Assembly (NCBI GenBank): GCA_963675525.2
Contig: CAXXSL010000005.1
Span: 1 to 64,000, forward strand
Source of the DNA: Anaerohalosphaeraceae bacterium
GTDB lineage: Bacteria; Planctomycetota; Phycisphaerae; Sedimentisphaerales; Anaerohalosphaeraceae
Direction of reading: 5' to 3'
DNA length: 64,000 nt
The translations under genes were made by a program, and so were the position numbers. Numbering within the stretch: position 1 is the stretch's first letter; every line of letters starts with the position of its first letter. The notes beneath the pieces were generated by a model. That model had not been told where the DNA came from. It searched no databases and saw only the letters and a program-made list of their open reading frames with translations. Shown one piece after another: positions 51,422 through 60,393 of the stretch.

Positions 51422-53956
51422 ATGAAGTCGCAACGTGTGTTAAAGTTTAGTTGTGGTATTGTTTTCTGTGTTCTTATCATGGTGCTTGGCTGTACTTCCA
51501 TTGGTTCTATGACAGCCCAGACATTTACAGATGGCAATAACACCGCAAAACTACAGGTCAATCTGTCGGATGGAGTCAAAAGTTACACTTTGACCACAAC
51601 GGCTCCGCTTCGGGATAATGAACCGGCAGACAAAACGCGGACATTTTCTGAGAACCCCGATTTCCCATCTATTCGCACAGGCAATGAGATGTTTGATGCC
51701 TTATACGCGTTGACGCTGGATGACGCCCGCTTAAATGCGGTCGACCAGATTCGCGACGGCAGCTTTGAGATTCGGGGCACCATGAATCGTCCGTATTTTC
51801 AAACCGGCGAAAAGTGGACCTATGTGTGGACGCGGGATATTTCCTATTCGGTTGACCTGGGACTGGCTTCGCTGGACCCGCAGCGGTGTATGAATTCATT
51901 GCTGTTTAAAACCACGCGTTTGAAGCCGGGTATTGACGGAGAGCATTCTCGTCAGATCGTTCAGGATACCGGCTCGGGCGGCAGTTATCCCGTTTCAACG
52001 GATCGTGTCGTGTGGGCCATCGGGGCGGCGGAATTACTGAAGTATCTCGATGGGGATCAGCGAGCGCAATTTTTAGAAAACGCCTGGCAGATCATGCAGG
52101 ACACCATTGAGCATGACCGCCGCATCATATTTGACTCGGATGACGGACTGTATCGAGGGGAACAATCATTTCTGGACTGGCGGGAGCAAACGTATCCCGG
52201 CTGGACGAAAGATAATGTGTTGGCTATCGCTAAATCCAAAACGCTTTCGACAAATATCGGTCATTATGCCTTGCTTAAAGCAGCCGCAAACCTTGCTCAT
52301 TATAAAGGGCTTTCTGAACAACAAAATTGCTACGCGGATTGGGCGGATGCTCTCAAAAAGGCCATCAATAAAGAATTTTATATTGAATCAAAAGGGTTGT
52401 ATAGTTCACTTATTTTGGATGAACCGTTCAAGATACGATTGAATCGCTTTGATTTGCTTGGCCAATCGCTGGCGATTCTCTGCGGGATTGCTGATTCGGA
52501 AAAAAGTGAAAAAATCATCTCCAACTACCCACAGGCCCAATATGGCCCTCCGGTTGTATGGCCGCAGGAGCAAACCGTACCGATCTATCATAATCATGCG
52601 GTCTGGCCGTTTGTGACTGCTTACTGGCTCAAAGCTGCTAAGCAGGCCGGCAATAGTGCTGCGGTTGATCAGGCGGTTTATTCATTGGTCAGAGGCACGG
52701 CCCTGAACCTTTCCAATATGGAAAACTTTGATTTTGTAACAGGGAATGCATATGCGGAAATCAACGGTATCAGTGGGCCGGTCATCAACTCGCGCCGCCA
52801 GTTGTGGTCGGTTGCCGGATACATGGCGATGGTGCAGGACATCGTTTTTGGATTGGAAACCGATTGGGACGGCATTCGATTCTTGCCCTGTGTTACGCCG
52901 AAAATGCATCGCGACTATTTTAAGAACAGTAAGACGCTTGATCTGAAAAACTTTAAGTACCAGGGAAAAACCATCCACGTAACCATTAACTTACCTTCCC
53001 TGAGTGAAGAAGAGGTCGGCATTTACAAAATCGACAAAATTTATTTGAATGACCGGCCGATTGAAAAGAACTTTGTTGCGCCGGCTGATTTACACAAGGA
53101 GAACCATTGGGAAGTTTGGCTCACTGCTGCAGAAAATAAAACGCCGGATAGAATTAATCTGGTCAAGAGTCTAAGCGGAAGGAATATTTTTGGTCCCAAG
53201 CAGCCCCAATGGAGAGCTGTTGGATTAGGAGGCATTACTGTTGATAGCGGCAAACTCAAGCTGCACTATGATGCCGATGGCCAAACCGATGTTCGTTTTA
53301 ACATTTACCGTAACGGTCAATTATGTGCCAACGGGATCACCGAAACCGAATGGACGGACCCCGATTCAGCGGACTATTGGGACAATGTTTATTTCTATAT
53401 GGTTGAAGCAGTTTATCCCGATTCCGGGAACTGCTCACATTTAACACCTGTGCACTCTTACTGTATGACAGATAATGTGATTGAAATTGATGCGGCTGTA
53501 ATGAAAAATAAAGGCGGAAACCTGGTGAACGAGCATCATTTTGAAAACTGGGGACTTCCTGAACACGAATTACAGACGGCTGTGTTTACCATGAAAAGAA
53601 CCGGAACATATTTGATTAGCGCTGCATATTCAAACGGGGCCGGTCCGATCAATACCGGCGTGACCTGTGCCGTTAAACGAATCGAAATCTTAAAGGTTGA
53701 CAACAGCCGGTCCTTTGCGGCATCATATCTGATCATGCCCCATACAGCGGATTGGGCAAGATATCTTGACTCTTCGTCATTTCAGGCTGATTTGAAAAAG
53801 GGCGAAAAATACTCCGTCAGAATTTTCGAGGACGAGTACGCTCGAAACATGAGTTACTTCGATCATTATGAGTCTTACAAAAGTACAGGCAATGGAACCA
53901 GACCCTACAATTATGTCAATATTTCTAAAATCAGATTGATTCGATTAAAGGATTGA
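51422..53956 (+). CDS. Six-hairpin glycosidase (amylo-alpha-1,6-glucosidase-like), probable lipoprotein
   Basis: VLG-C lipobox-like site; TGEKWTYVWTRDISYS, QDTGSGGSYPVSTD, GEQSFLDWREQTYP, YHNHAVWPFV, SNMENF, QLWSVAGY. Confidence 0.72.
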   Translation: MKSQRVLKFSCGIVFCVLIMVLGCTSIGSMTAQTFTDGNNTAKLQVNLSDGVKSYTLTTTAPLRDNEPADKTRTFSENPDFPSIRTGNEMFDALYALTLDDARLNAVDQIRDGSFEIRGTMNRPYFQTGEKWTYVWTRDISYSVDLGLASLDPQRCMNSLLFKTTRLKPGIDGEHSRQIVQDTGSGGSYPVSTDRVVWAIGAAELLKYLDGDQRAQFLENAWQIMQDTIEHDRRIIFDSDDGLYRGEQSFLDWREQTYPGWTKDNVLAIAKSKTLSTNIGHYALLKAAANLAHYKGLSEQQNCYADWADALKKAINKEFYIESKGLYSSLILDEPFKIRLNRFDLLGQSLAILCGIADSEKSEKIISNYPQAQYGPPVVWPQEQTVPIYHNHAVWPFVTAYWLKAAKQAGNSAAVDQAVYSLVRGTALNLSNMENFDFVTGNAYAEINGISGPVINSRRQLWSVAGYMAMVQDIVFGLETDWDGIRFLPCVTPKMHRDYFKNSKTLDLKNFKYQGKTIHVTINLPSLSEEEVGIYKIDKIYLNDRPIEKNFVAPADLHKENHWEVWLTAAENKTPDRINLVKSLSGRNIFGPKQPQWRAVGLGGITVDSGKLKLHYDADGQTDVRFNIYRNGQLCANGITETEWTDPDSADYWDNVYFYMVEAVYPDSGNCSHLTPVHSYCMTDNVIEIDAAVMKNKGGNLVNEHHFENWGLPEHELQTAVFTMKRTGTYLISAAYSNGAGPINTGVTCAVKRIEILKVDNSRSFAASYLIMPHTADWARYLDSSSFQADLKKGEKYSVRIFEDEYARNMSYFDHYESYKSTGNGTRPYNYVNISKIRLIRLKD

Positions 53957-54001
53957 TCGCCAAATCGAAATTGAGAGGAAGATTTAAAGAAAGGTTTCAA
54001 A

Positions 54002-56842
54002 ATGTTTAATCGCTTAATCCAGGTCGCTGTTTTTCAATTGTTGATCGCATGTGGCTTTTGTCAGGTCTTATTTGAGAAGGATTTCTCGGATTCCATATCG
54101 GGCGATCCGGCAAACGTGCAGGTGTGCCCCGGCAGTCTTGATTTTAAATTTTATCAGGAAACGGGTAACCGTCTTTGGGTCAAGGATAATGAGGCAGGTG
54201 TGACGTACCCGGTTGATTCGGCGATTACGGATCTTTTCAATAATCAGACATTGTACTTAAGTTTTAGTCTGCATAGTTTGAACGAGATGACCAAAGATAA
54301 ATTTGCAGGCCTGTTTCTCTATCAAGATGATCAAGAGGTCTTAGGGTTGGGCAATGATTACACCTCTGAAAACTTCAGCTTCTGGACTTCTGACGGCAAG
54401 GGCATCGTCATTGGTGATATTCCGACGCCGGTGGATACGGACGTTCACAAGATCGTTATACGGATTGATTACAACTCGAACGGCCCGGAAATGATTAAGG
54501 TTGGTCTGGACCCGTTTTGCCGCCGCAGTGAAGCCCGCCAGCCGGACCACATCTGGACAACCTATGAAAAAGAACTGGTCTTTGATGAAATTCGAATTCG
54601 CTGCGGCAACAAGGATTGTACCTGGGAATTTGACGAGGTCCGCATCGGCACGGATTGGGCCTCGGTAACTGCCTCCAATGACGAGCCGGGTGAATATATC
54701 GAAACCCTTACGGCCAATCCGCTTCCATCAGGAGAAAAAGAAATGATTCTTGATGGGGTCGCCCGTTTCTGGCCGTCCGGAGTTGATGAATCAGATGTAC
54801 TGCCTTCCTTTACGTTGGAAAGTCCGCGTTCCTCAATTGGTTCGGTTTCTGCTTCATGGAAACTGACGCCGCAATTTGGAACCCATGAGAATGAAAGATA
54901 TGCTTATATCAGCATTCCTGCCGAAACTGACCTCTATGGCACCGGTGAAGTTGCGGGCAGTCTGCTGCGTAACGGATACAAGATCGTTCTTTTAAATAAA
55001 GACAACTACGGCTACAATAAGCCGGATCAACTCTACCAGTCGCATCCCTGGGTTTTGGGGCTTCGTCCGGACGGTACGGCTTTCGGTATCATTTTTGATA
55101 CGCCTTGGCAGGCAGAGTTGGATTTGCGAGCGGGCATTCTGTTTACCGTTTCCGACCAAGCACCGGCTTTTCCGGTCATGGTCATCGAAGGGAAAAATCC
55201 TCAGGATGTAATGGTCAAGCTGACAAAGCTGACCGGTGCGATGCCCATGCCGCCGCGTTGGGCGCTGGGGTATCAGCAGTGCCGTTATTCATATAATCCC
55301 GATGCACGTGTGCGCCAAATTGCCGACACCTTCAGGGCCAAGCGCATTCCCTGCGATGTGATCTGGTTTGACATTGATTATATGCATGGATTTCGCATCT
55401 TTACGTTTGACCCCAATCAATATCCCGACCCCAAAAGCACGAATGATTATCTGCATTCTCTGGGCTTTAGCAGTGTCTGGATGATCGATCCGGGCGTCAA
55501 ACACGATACCGAATATTTTGTGTATGACAGCGGCACCCGGGCGGATGCCTGGGTCAAAACGGCGTCAGGCAATCCCTATGTCGGACCGGTCTGGCCGGGC
55601 GATTGTGTGTTTCCCGATTTTACCATTCCCGCAGTTCGTAGTTGGTGGGGCGGTCTTTATAAAGCGTTTATGGCTCTTGGCATTGACGGGGTCTGGAATG
55701 ATATGAATGAACCGGCTGTCTTCAATTCCGCAACAGAGGGGACAATGCCGCTGGATAACCATCATCGTGGCGGCGGTGGTTTGCCGGCCGGCCCTCATGC
55801 CCAATATCATAATGTGTACGGGATGCTGATGGTCAAGGCCTCGCGGGAAGGCATTCAGAACGCCAATCCCGAAAAACGCCCCTTCGTATTGTCTCGGGCC
55901 AATTTTCTGGGCGGTCACCGTTATGCTGCGACCTGGACCGGCGATAACAAAGCAACCTGGGAGCACTTAAAGCTGTCGATCCCGATGTCCCTGAATCTGA
56001 GTCTTTCCGGCCAGCCGTTTAACGGCCCGGATATCGGCGGCTTTGTTGGCGATGCTGCACCCGATCTGTGGGCACACTGGATTTCGGTAGGGGCCTTTTA
56101 TCCCTTCAGTCGGGCGCATACATCCAAAGAGACCGCCAATCAGGAACCGTGGGAATTTGGCCCGGAGACGGAAAACGCAGCTCGTATTGCTTTGCAGCGG
56201 CGTTATCGTCTGATGCCTTACCTTTACACGCTTTTCCGGCAGTCACACGAACAGGGCCTGCCGGTGATGCAGCCGGTGCTGTTCGCTGACCCGACCGATA
56301 TTTCTTTGCGTATGGAAGACCAGGCATTTCTAATCGGACAGGATGTGATGGTTGTTCCCAAATGGGCCACGAATGTCCAAATGCCGAAGGGAATCTGGCG
56401 AAGTATTTCGATCGTCGGTGAAAACGCTGCCACGGATGCCTATCAATGCGATGTGAAGGTTCGCGGCGGGGCGATCGTTCCGCTGGGGCCGATTGTGCAG
56501 ACAACGCAGGAAATTGCAATCAAACAACCGTTAACACTAATGGTGGTTCTGGATGACCGGGGCCAGGCAACCGGGACTCTTTATGAGGATGCCGGTCAGG
56601 GTCACAACTACCTTCAGGGAGAATATTGTTTGTCAACTTTTACGGCTCAAAAAGACGGCGACCGCGTGACGGTCAAATGCATCGAACAGAAAGGGAAACA
56701 GGTATCTGATAAACGTCTTGTTACGGTGGTGCTTGTTGGCGAAGACGGAGTTCGTTATGGATTTGGTGATCTGATCAGTGGCGTAAAAGTGAAGCTTGAC
56801 GGCCGAGCCGAACACATTGCAGAGACGTCGCTGCTCAGATAA
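54002..56842 (+). CDS. GH31 alpha-glucosidase with an extra N-terminal domain
   Basis: LYQSHPW, PPRWALGYQQCRYSY, DIDYM, GVWNDMNEP (nucleophile), WTGDN, GPDIGGF, LYEDAG. Confidence 0.93.
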   Translation: MFNRLIQVAVFQLLIACGFCQVLFEKDFSDSISGDPANVQVCPGSLDFKFYQETGNRLWVKDNEAGVTYPVDSAITDLFNNQTLYLSFSLHSLNEMTKDKFAGLFLYQDDQEVLGLGNDYTSENFSFWTSDGKGIVIGDIPTPVDTDVHKIVIRIDYNSNGPEMIKVGLDPFCRRSEARQPDHIWTTYEKELVFDEIRIRCGNKDCTWEFDEVRIGTDWASVTASNDEPGEYIETLTANPLPSGEKEMILDGVARFWPSGVDESDVLPSFTLESPRSSIGSVSASWKLTPQFGTHENERYAYISIPAETDLYGTGEVAGSLLRNGYKIVLLNKDNYGYNKPDQLYQSHPWVLGLRPDGTAFGIIFDTPWQAELDLRAGILFTVSDQAPAFPVMVIEGKNPQDVMVKLTKLTGAMPMPPRWALGYQQCRYSYNPDARVRQIADTFRAKRIPCDVIWFDIDYMHGFRIFTFDPNQYPDPKSTNDYLHSLGFSSVWMIDPGVKHDTEYFVYDSGTRADAWVKTASGNPYVGPVWPGDCVFPDFTIPAVRSWWGGLYKAFMALGIDGVWNDMNEPAVFNSATEGTMPLDNHHRGGGGLPAGPHAQYHNVYGMLMVKASREGIQNANPEKRPFVLSRANFLGGHRYAATWTGDNKATWEHLKLSIPMSLNLSLSGQPFNGPDIGGFVGDAAPDLWAHWISVGAFYPFSRAHTSKETANQEPWEFGPETENAARIALQRRYRLMPYLYTLFRQSHEQGLPVMQPVLFADPTDISLRMEDQAFLIGQDVMVVPKWATNVQMPKGIWRSISIVGENAATDAYQCDVKVRGGAIVPLGPIVQTTQEIAIKQPLTLMVVLDDRGQATGTLYEDAGQGHNYLQGEYCLSTFTAQKDGDRVTVKCIEQKGKQVSDKRLVTVVLVGEDGVRYGFGDLISGVKVKLDGRAEHIAETSLLR

Positions 56843-56954
56843 CAGAGGTATAAAAAGAAAAGATACCTTATGAAACTATCTTTAAAGCGTATATCTTCCG
56901 GACTTCATTACGATTCTTTCCTGGAATTTTTGTTGACGGATCGCCGACATTATG

Positions 56955-56996
56955 TTAAACCGTTATTTTAAGTGTTCAATTAAGATAACGGTTTAA
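56955..56996. promoter_or_regulatory. Inverted repeat, putative TetR operator overlapping a promoter
   Basis: ttaaaccgttattttaa-8 nt-ttaagataacggtttaa (16/17 arms), 14 nt before the TetR start; TTGACG at 56933-56938. Confidence 0.75.
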
Positions 56997-57010
56997 GCGG
57001 AAGCCGAACT

Positions 57011-57655
57011 ATGGCGAAACGTAAAGACGGACAGGAACGAAAAGCATTGCTTCTGGAAACGGCAACAAAGGTGTTTGCCGAAAAGGGCTTCCGTGACACC
57101 ACCATTGCCGATATCTGTCAGGAGGCACACTCGAATATGGCCTCCGTCAACTATTATTTTGGCTCCAAGGACGAGCTTTATGCGGAAGTCTGGAAGAACG
57201 CCTTTCAAAATTCGGTCGAAAAATATCCGCCGGATATGCAGGTATCGCCCGATGCAACCCCCGAAGACCGGCTGCGGGCGCTGATTAAATCATTCCTTCA
57301 TCGGATGTTGGATTCCGGTGAGTTGGGATACGCTGGGCAGATATTGCTGATGGAACTGGCCAATCCTACTGAGGCCATTGAACACATTAAACAGGATGCG
57401 ATCGAGCCGCTTCGAAAAAGAATGATCGCGATCTTGCAGCAATTGCTCGGCGAACAGACCGACGAGCGGGACGTGGCGTTTTGTGCAATGAGCGTTATCC
57501 ATCAGTGCATGGGCTTCGGTTTTCGTCGCGGCAAATTACCTCCGCCTTTACGTAAACTTGAAATAAACGGCTTGCACGAAGCGTTATCTGAACATATCAC
57601 CCAATTTTCATTAGCGGGAATCACGGCAGTGAAAAAACGAACAGCCCAATCATAA
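57011..57655 (+). CDS. TetR/AcrR-family regulator (CecR/DUF1956-like C-terminus)
   Basis: HTH: VFAEKGFRDTTIADICQEAHSNMASVNYYFGSKDELY; ends HITQFSLAGI. Confidence 0.93.
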   Translation: MAKRKDGQERKALLLETATKVFAEKGFRDTTIADICQEAHSNMASVNYYFGSKDELYAEVWKNAFQNSVEKYPPDMQVSPDATPEDRLRALIKSFLHRMLDSGELGYAGQILLMELANPTEAIEHIKQDAIEPLRKRMIAILQQLLGEQTDERDVAFCAMSVIHQCMGFGFRRGKLPPPLRKLEINGLHEALSEHITQFSLAGITAVKKRTAQS

Positions 57656-57667
57656 CAGGAGAAAAAA

Positions 57668-59077
57668 GTGAGGGCGTTGATACAACGATTGAAATGGTTC
57701 TTTTTGTTAGCAGCATTAGCTGCAGGTGGATGCAGTGTGCCCGAGTCCCGAACTCTAATGCCGTCTTTTGCGTTGCCGTCGGAGTTTTCAGCAAAGGGAG
57801 CCGAGCCAATGCCGCAAAAATGGTGGCAATCGCTCGGAGACCGGCAATTGGATGCGGTGATCGAAGAGGCACTGAGCAGTAACTTTACCATTCGGTCCGC
57901 CTGGGACCGGCTGACACAGGCCGAACAGACGGCGATTAAAACCGGCGCTGCGTTGTTCCCTTCCGTTACGTATCAGGGCGGCGCGGCGCGCATTAGCCAA
58001 CGGACTTCCAACACGACTGCCTACACATCGGATTATTCAGCCGGCCTGGTCGCCTCTTATGAGGTGGATCTGTGGGGAGGGATAAAATCCGCTCAGCAGG
58101 CGGCGGTTTTGGATGCCGAAGCGGCCCAGGAAAACGTCAGTGCTGCGGCGATGACCTTAACGGCGGCGATTGCCAAAACATGGTATCAACTGGCTGAAGT
58201 CAAACAGCAGGAACAAATCATTGAGCGACAGATTCAGGCCAATCAGAAAATTCTTGATGTGATTAAACTCCAGTTTCGACAGGCACAAGTCGGCGCTGCT
58301 GATGTTTTCAGTCAGCAGCAGTTGGTTCAAGCCAGCCGGGGCCAGTTGATCCAGGTGCGGGAAAACAGTACACTGCTTCAGCATCAACTTTCGATTTTGA
58401 CGGGAAAAACACCCGGGCGATGGTGGTCGGATCAGTCCATTGCGCTGGTGACACCGGGGCAACTGCCGGCAATTGATGTGCCGGCGGTGGTCATTCAGCG
58501 ACGCCCGGATGTCATCAGTGCCTACAAGAGTGTTCAGGCCGCCGATGGGCGTCTGGCGGCGGCGATTGCGGACCAATATCCCGCTATCAGTTTATCAGGC
58601 GCCGTCGAAACGTCTGCCGCCAGAACACGCGACTTGTTTGACGATTGGCTGGCCAATCTGGCGGTGAATTTAACGGGCCCCTTGTTCGATGCGGGCCTGC
58701 GTAAAGCCGAAGCGAAACGCACGCGGGCTGTTCTTTCAGAGAAACTCAATGACTACAGCCAGTCGGTTCTGGAAGCGCTGCAGGAAACCGAAGATGCGAT
58801 CAGCCAGGAACAGTACCAGCGACAGTATGCCGAAAGTTTGCAGAAACAGCTTGCCCTGTCTCGTGATGTTTATGAGCGGACCTATCAAAACTATCTGAAA
58901 GGGCAATTGGATTATCTCCGTGTGCTGAGTGCCGTGGTCACCCTGCAGCGTCTGGAACAAAGTGAACTGACTGCGCGTCGTGTTTTGGTTGAGCGTCGCA
59001 TTGATTTGTGTCGTTCTATTGCGGGTGGCTGGCCGTTGCAGCGTCCGGAAATGGCGACATTAGAAAATAATGACTAA
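57668..59077 (+). CDS. Outer-membrane efflux lipoprotein (NodT/TolC family)
   Basis: Lipobox AGGC, WWQSLGD..L..ALSSN, SYEVDLWG, RRPDV, PLFDAG, SIAGGW; GTG start. Confidence 0.92.
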   Translation: MRALIQRLKWFFLLAALAAGGCSVPESRTLMPSFALPSEFSAKGAEPMPQKWWQSLGDRQLDAVIEEALSSNFTIRSAWDRLTQAEQTAIKTGAALFPSVTYQGGAARISQRTSNTTAYTSDYSAGLVASYEVDLWGGIKSAQQAAVLDAEAAQENVSAAAMTLTAAIAKTWYQLAEVKQQEQIIERQIQANQKILDVIKLQFRQAQVGAADVFSQQQLVQASRGQLIQVRENSTLLQHQLSILTGKTPGRWWSDQSIALVTPGQLPAIDVPAVVIQRRPDVISAYKSVQAADGRLAAAIADQYPAISLSGAVETSAARTRDLFDDWLANLAVNLTGPLFDAGLRKAEAKRTRAVLSEKLNDYSQSVLEALQETEDAISQEQYQRQYAESLQKQLALSRDVYERTYQNYLKGQLDYLRVLSAVVTLQRLEQSELTARRVLVERRIDLCRSIAGGWPLQRPEMATLENND

Positions 59078-59109
59078 TCTTTGACTGATACTGTAAAAAG
59101 GATAAATGA

Positions 59110-60393
59110 ATGGAGACAGAAAACAAAACGCCCAGTAATACATCGGATGCGCCGTCGATTTCGTCGCTGCGATGGTCACTGCGATTTCTTTTCAAGGTTG
59201 TGTTGCCGGTTATCTGCGTGATTGCGGCGGTTGTAATTGCGATAATCCTGATCAAAACCCGTCCGAAAGCCCAACGCCAAAAGCCGGCGCAACAGGCTCG
59301 GCTTGTAACCGTTGAAACGGCTCAACAGACGAATCACCAGATATCTGTCTCGGCGATGGGAAAGGTGATTCCAGCAAAGCGAATCACGCTTAGCCCGGAA
59401 GTTTCCGGCCGTATCGTCTTTGTCAACCCGCTGGTGATTCCCGGCGGAGCCATTCATAAAGGGCAGACCTTGCTCCGCATTGATGCCCGTGATTATGAAG
59501 CCGTTGTCAAACAGCGCCAAAGTGAAGTGGCCAAGGCCCAATTGAATTTAAAGTTGGAACAGGGCAATCAACTGGTTGCGCAGCAGGAATATGAAATGCT
59601 GGAGGACATTATTCAGGATCAGGACCAGGAATTGGTTCTCAGAAAACCGCATTTACAGGAAGCTCAAACGGCACTGGAAGCAGCCAAAGCCGCATTGGCC
59701 AAAGCTCAACTGGATGTTGTCCGCTGTACGGTTACGGCTCCATTTAATGCCGTCATCCAGGATAAGTTTGTAGATGTCGGTGCGCAGGTCACAGTGTCCA
59801 GTTCCCTGCTGACCCTTATGGGGACGGATGAATACTGGGTGGAGGCAAAGGTTTGGGTCAGTCAACTTCACTGGATCACCGTCCCGGAAAATAATCAACA
59901 GCCCGGTGCCCGTGTAAAAATCTTTAATTCGACGGTATGGGAACCGGATACCTATCGAGAGGGCCGGGTGGTTCGTTTACTCGGCCAACTGGAAGAAGCG
60001 GGGCGTCTGGCCCAACTGCTGATTTCCGTGAAAGACCCGCTGGTACTGGAAAGCGATTCGCCTGATGTGCCTCCGGTTTTGGTGGACTCCTTTGTGCGTG
60101 TCGAAATAGAAGGCATCACGCTTGAAGGCGTCTTTGGCGTCAAACGCGATTACCTGCGTGACGGGGATAATATTTGGATTATGAATGATGACAATCAGAT
60201 GGAAATCCGGCCTGTCAACGTTGTGTTTCGGGAAAAGCAGATGGTCTATCTTTCAGATGGATTGCACGCCGGTGACCGGATTGTTACCACCGACATCTCT
60301 GCGCCTGTGGACGGTATGCTGCTGCGGCTGAATGGTACGTCGGAATCAGCGGCATCGAAATCTGAAGCTGCAAACCCGGAGGCACAGGAATGA
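59110..60393 (+). CDS. RND efflux periplasmic adaptor (membrane fusion protein)
   Basis: N-terminal TM, PEVSGRI lipoyl half, coiled-coil hairpin, VTAPFNAVI, GLHAGDRIVT. Confidence 0.92.
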   Translation: METENKTPSNTSDAPSISSLRWSLRFLFKVVLPVICVIAAVVIAIILIKTRPKAQRQKPAQQARLVTVETAQQTNHQISVSAMGKVIPAKRITLSPEVSGRIVFVNPLVIPGGAIHKGQTLLRIDARDYEAVVKQRQSEVAKAQLNLKLEQGNQLVAQQEYEMLEDIIQDQDQELVLRKPHLQEAQTALEAAKAALAKAQLDVVRCTVTAPFNAVIQDKFVDVGAQVTVSSSLLTLMGTDEYWVEAKVWVSQLHWITVPENNQQPGARVKIFNSTVWEPDTYREGRVVRLLGQLEEAGRLAQLLISVKDPLVLESDSPDVPPVLVDSFVRVEIEGITLEGVFGVKRDYLRDGDNIWIMNDDNQMEIRPVNVVFREKQMVYLSDGLHAGDRIVTTDISAPVDGMLLRLNGTSESAASKSEAANPEAQE

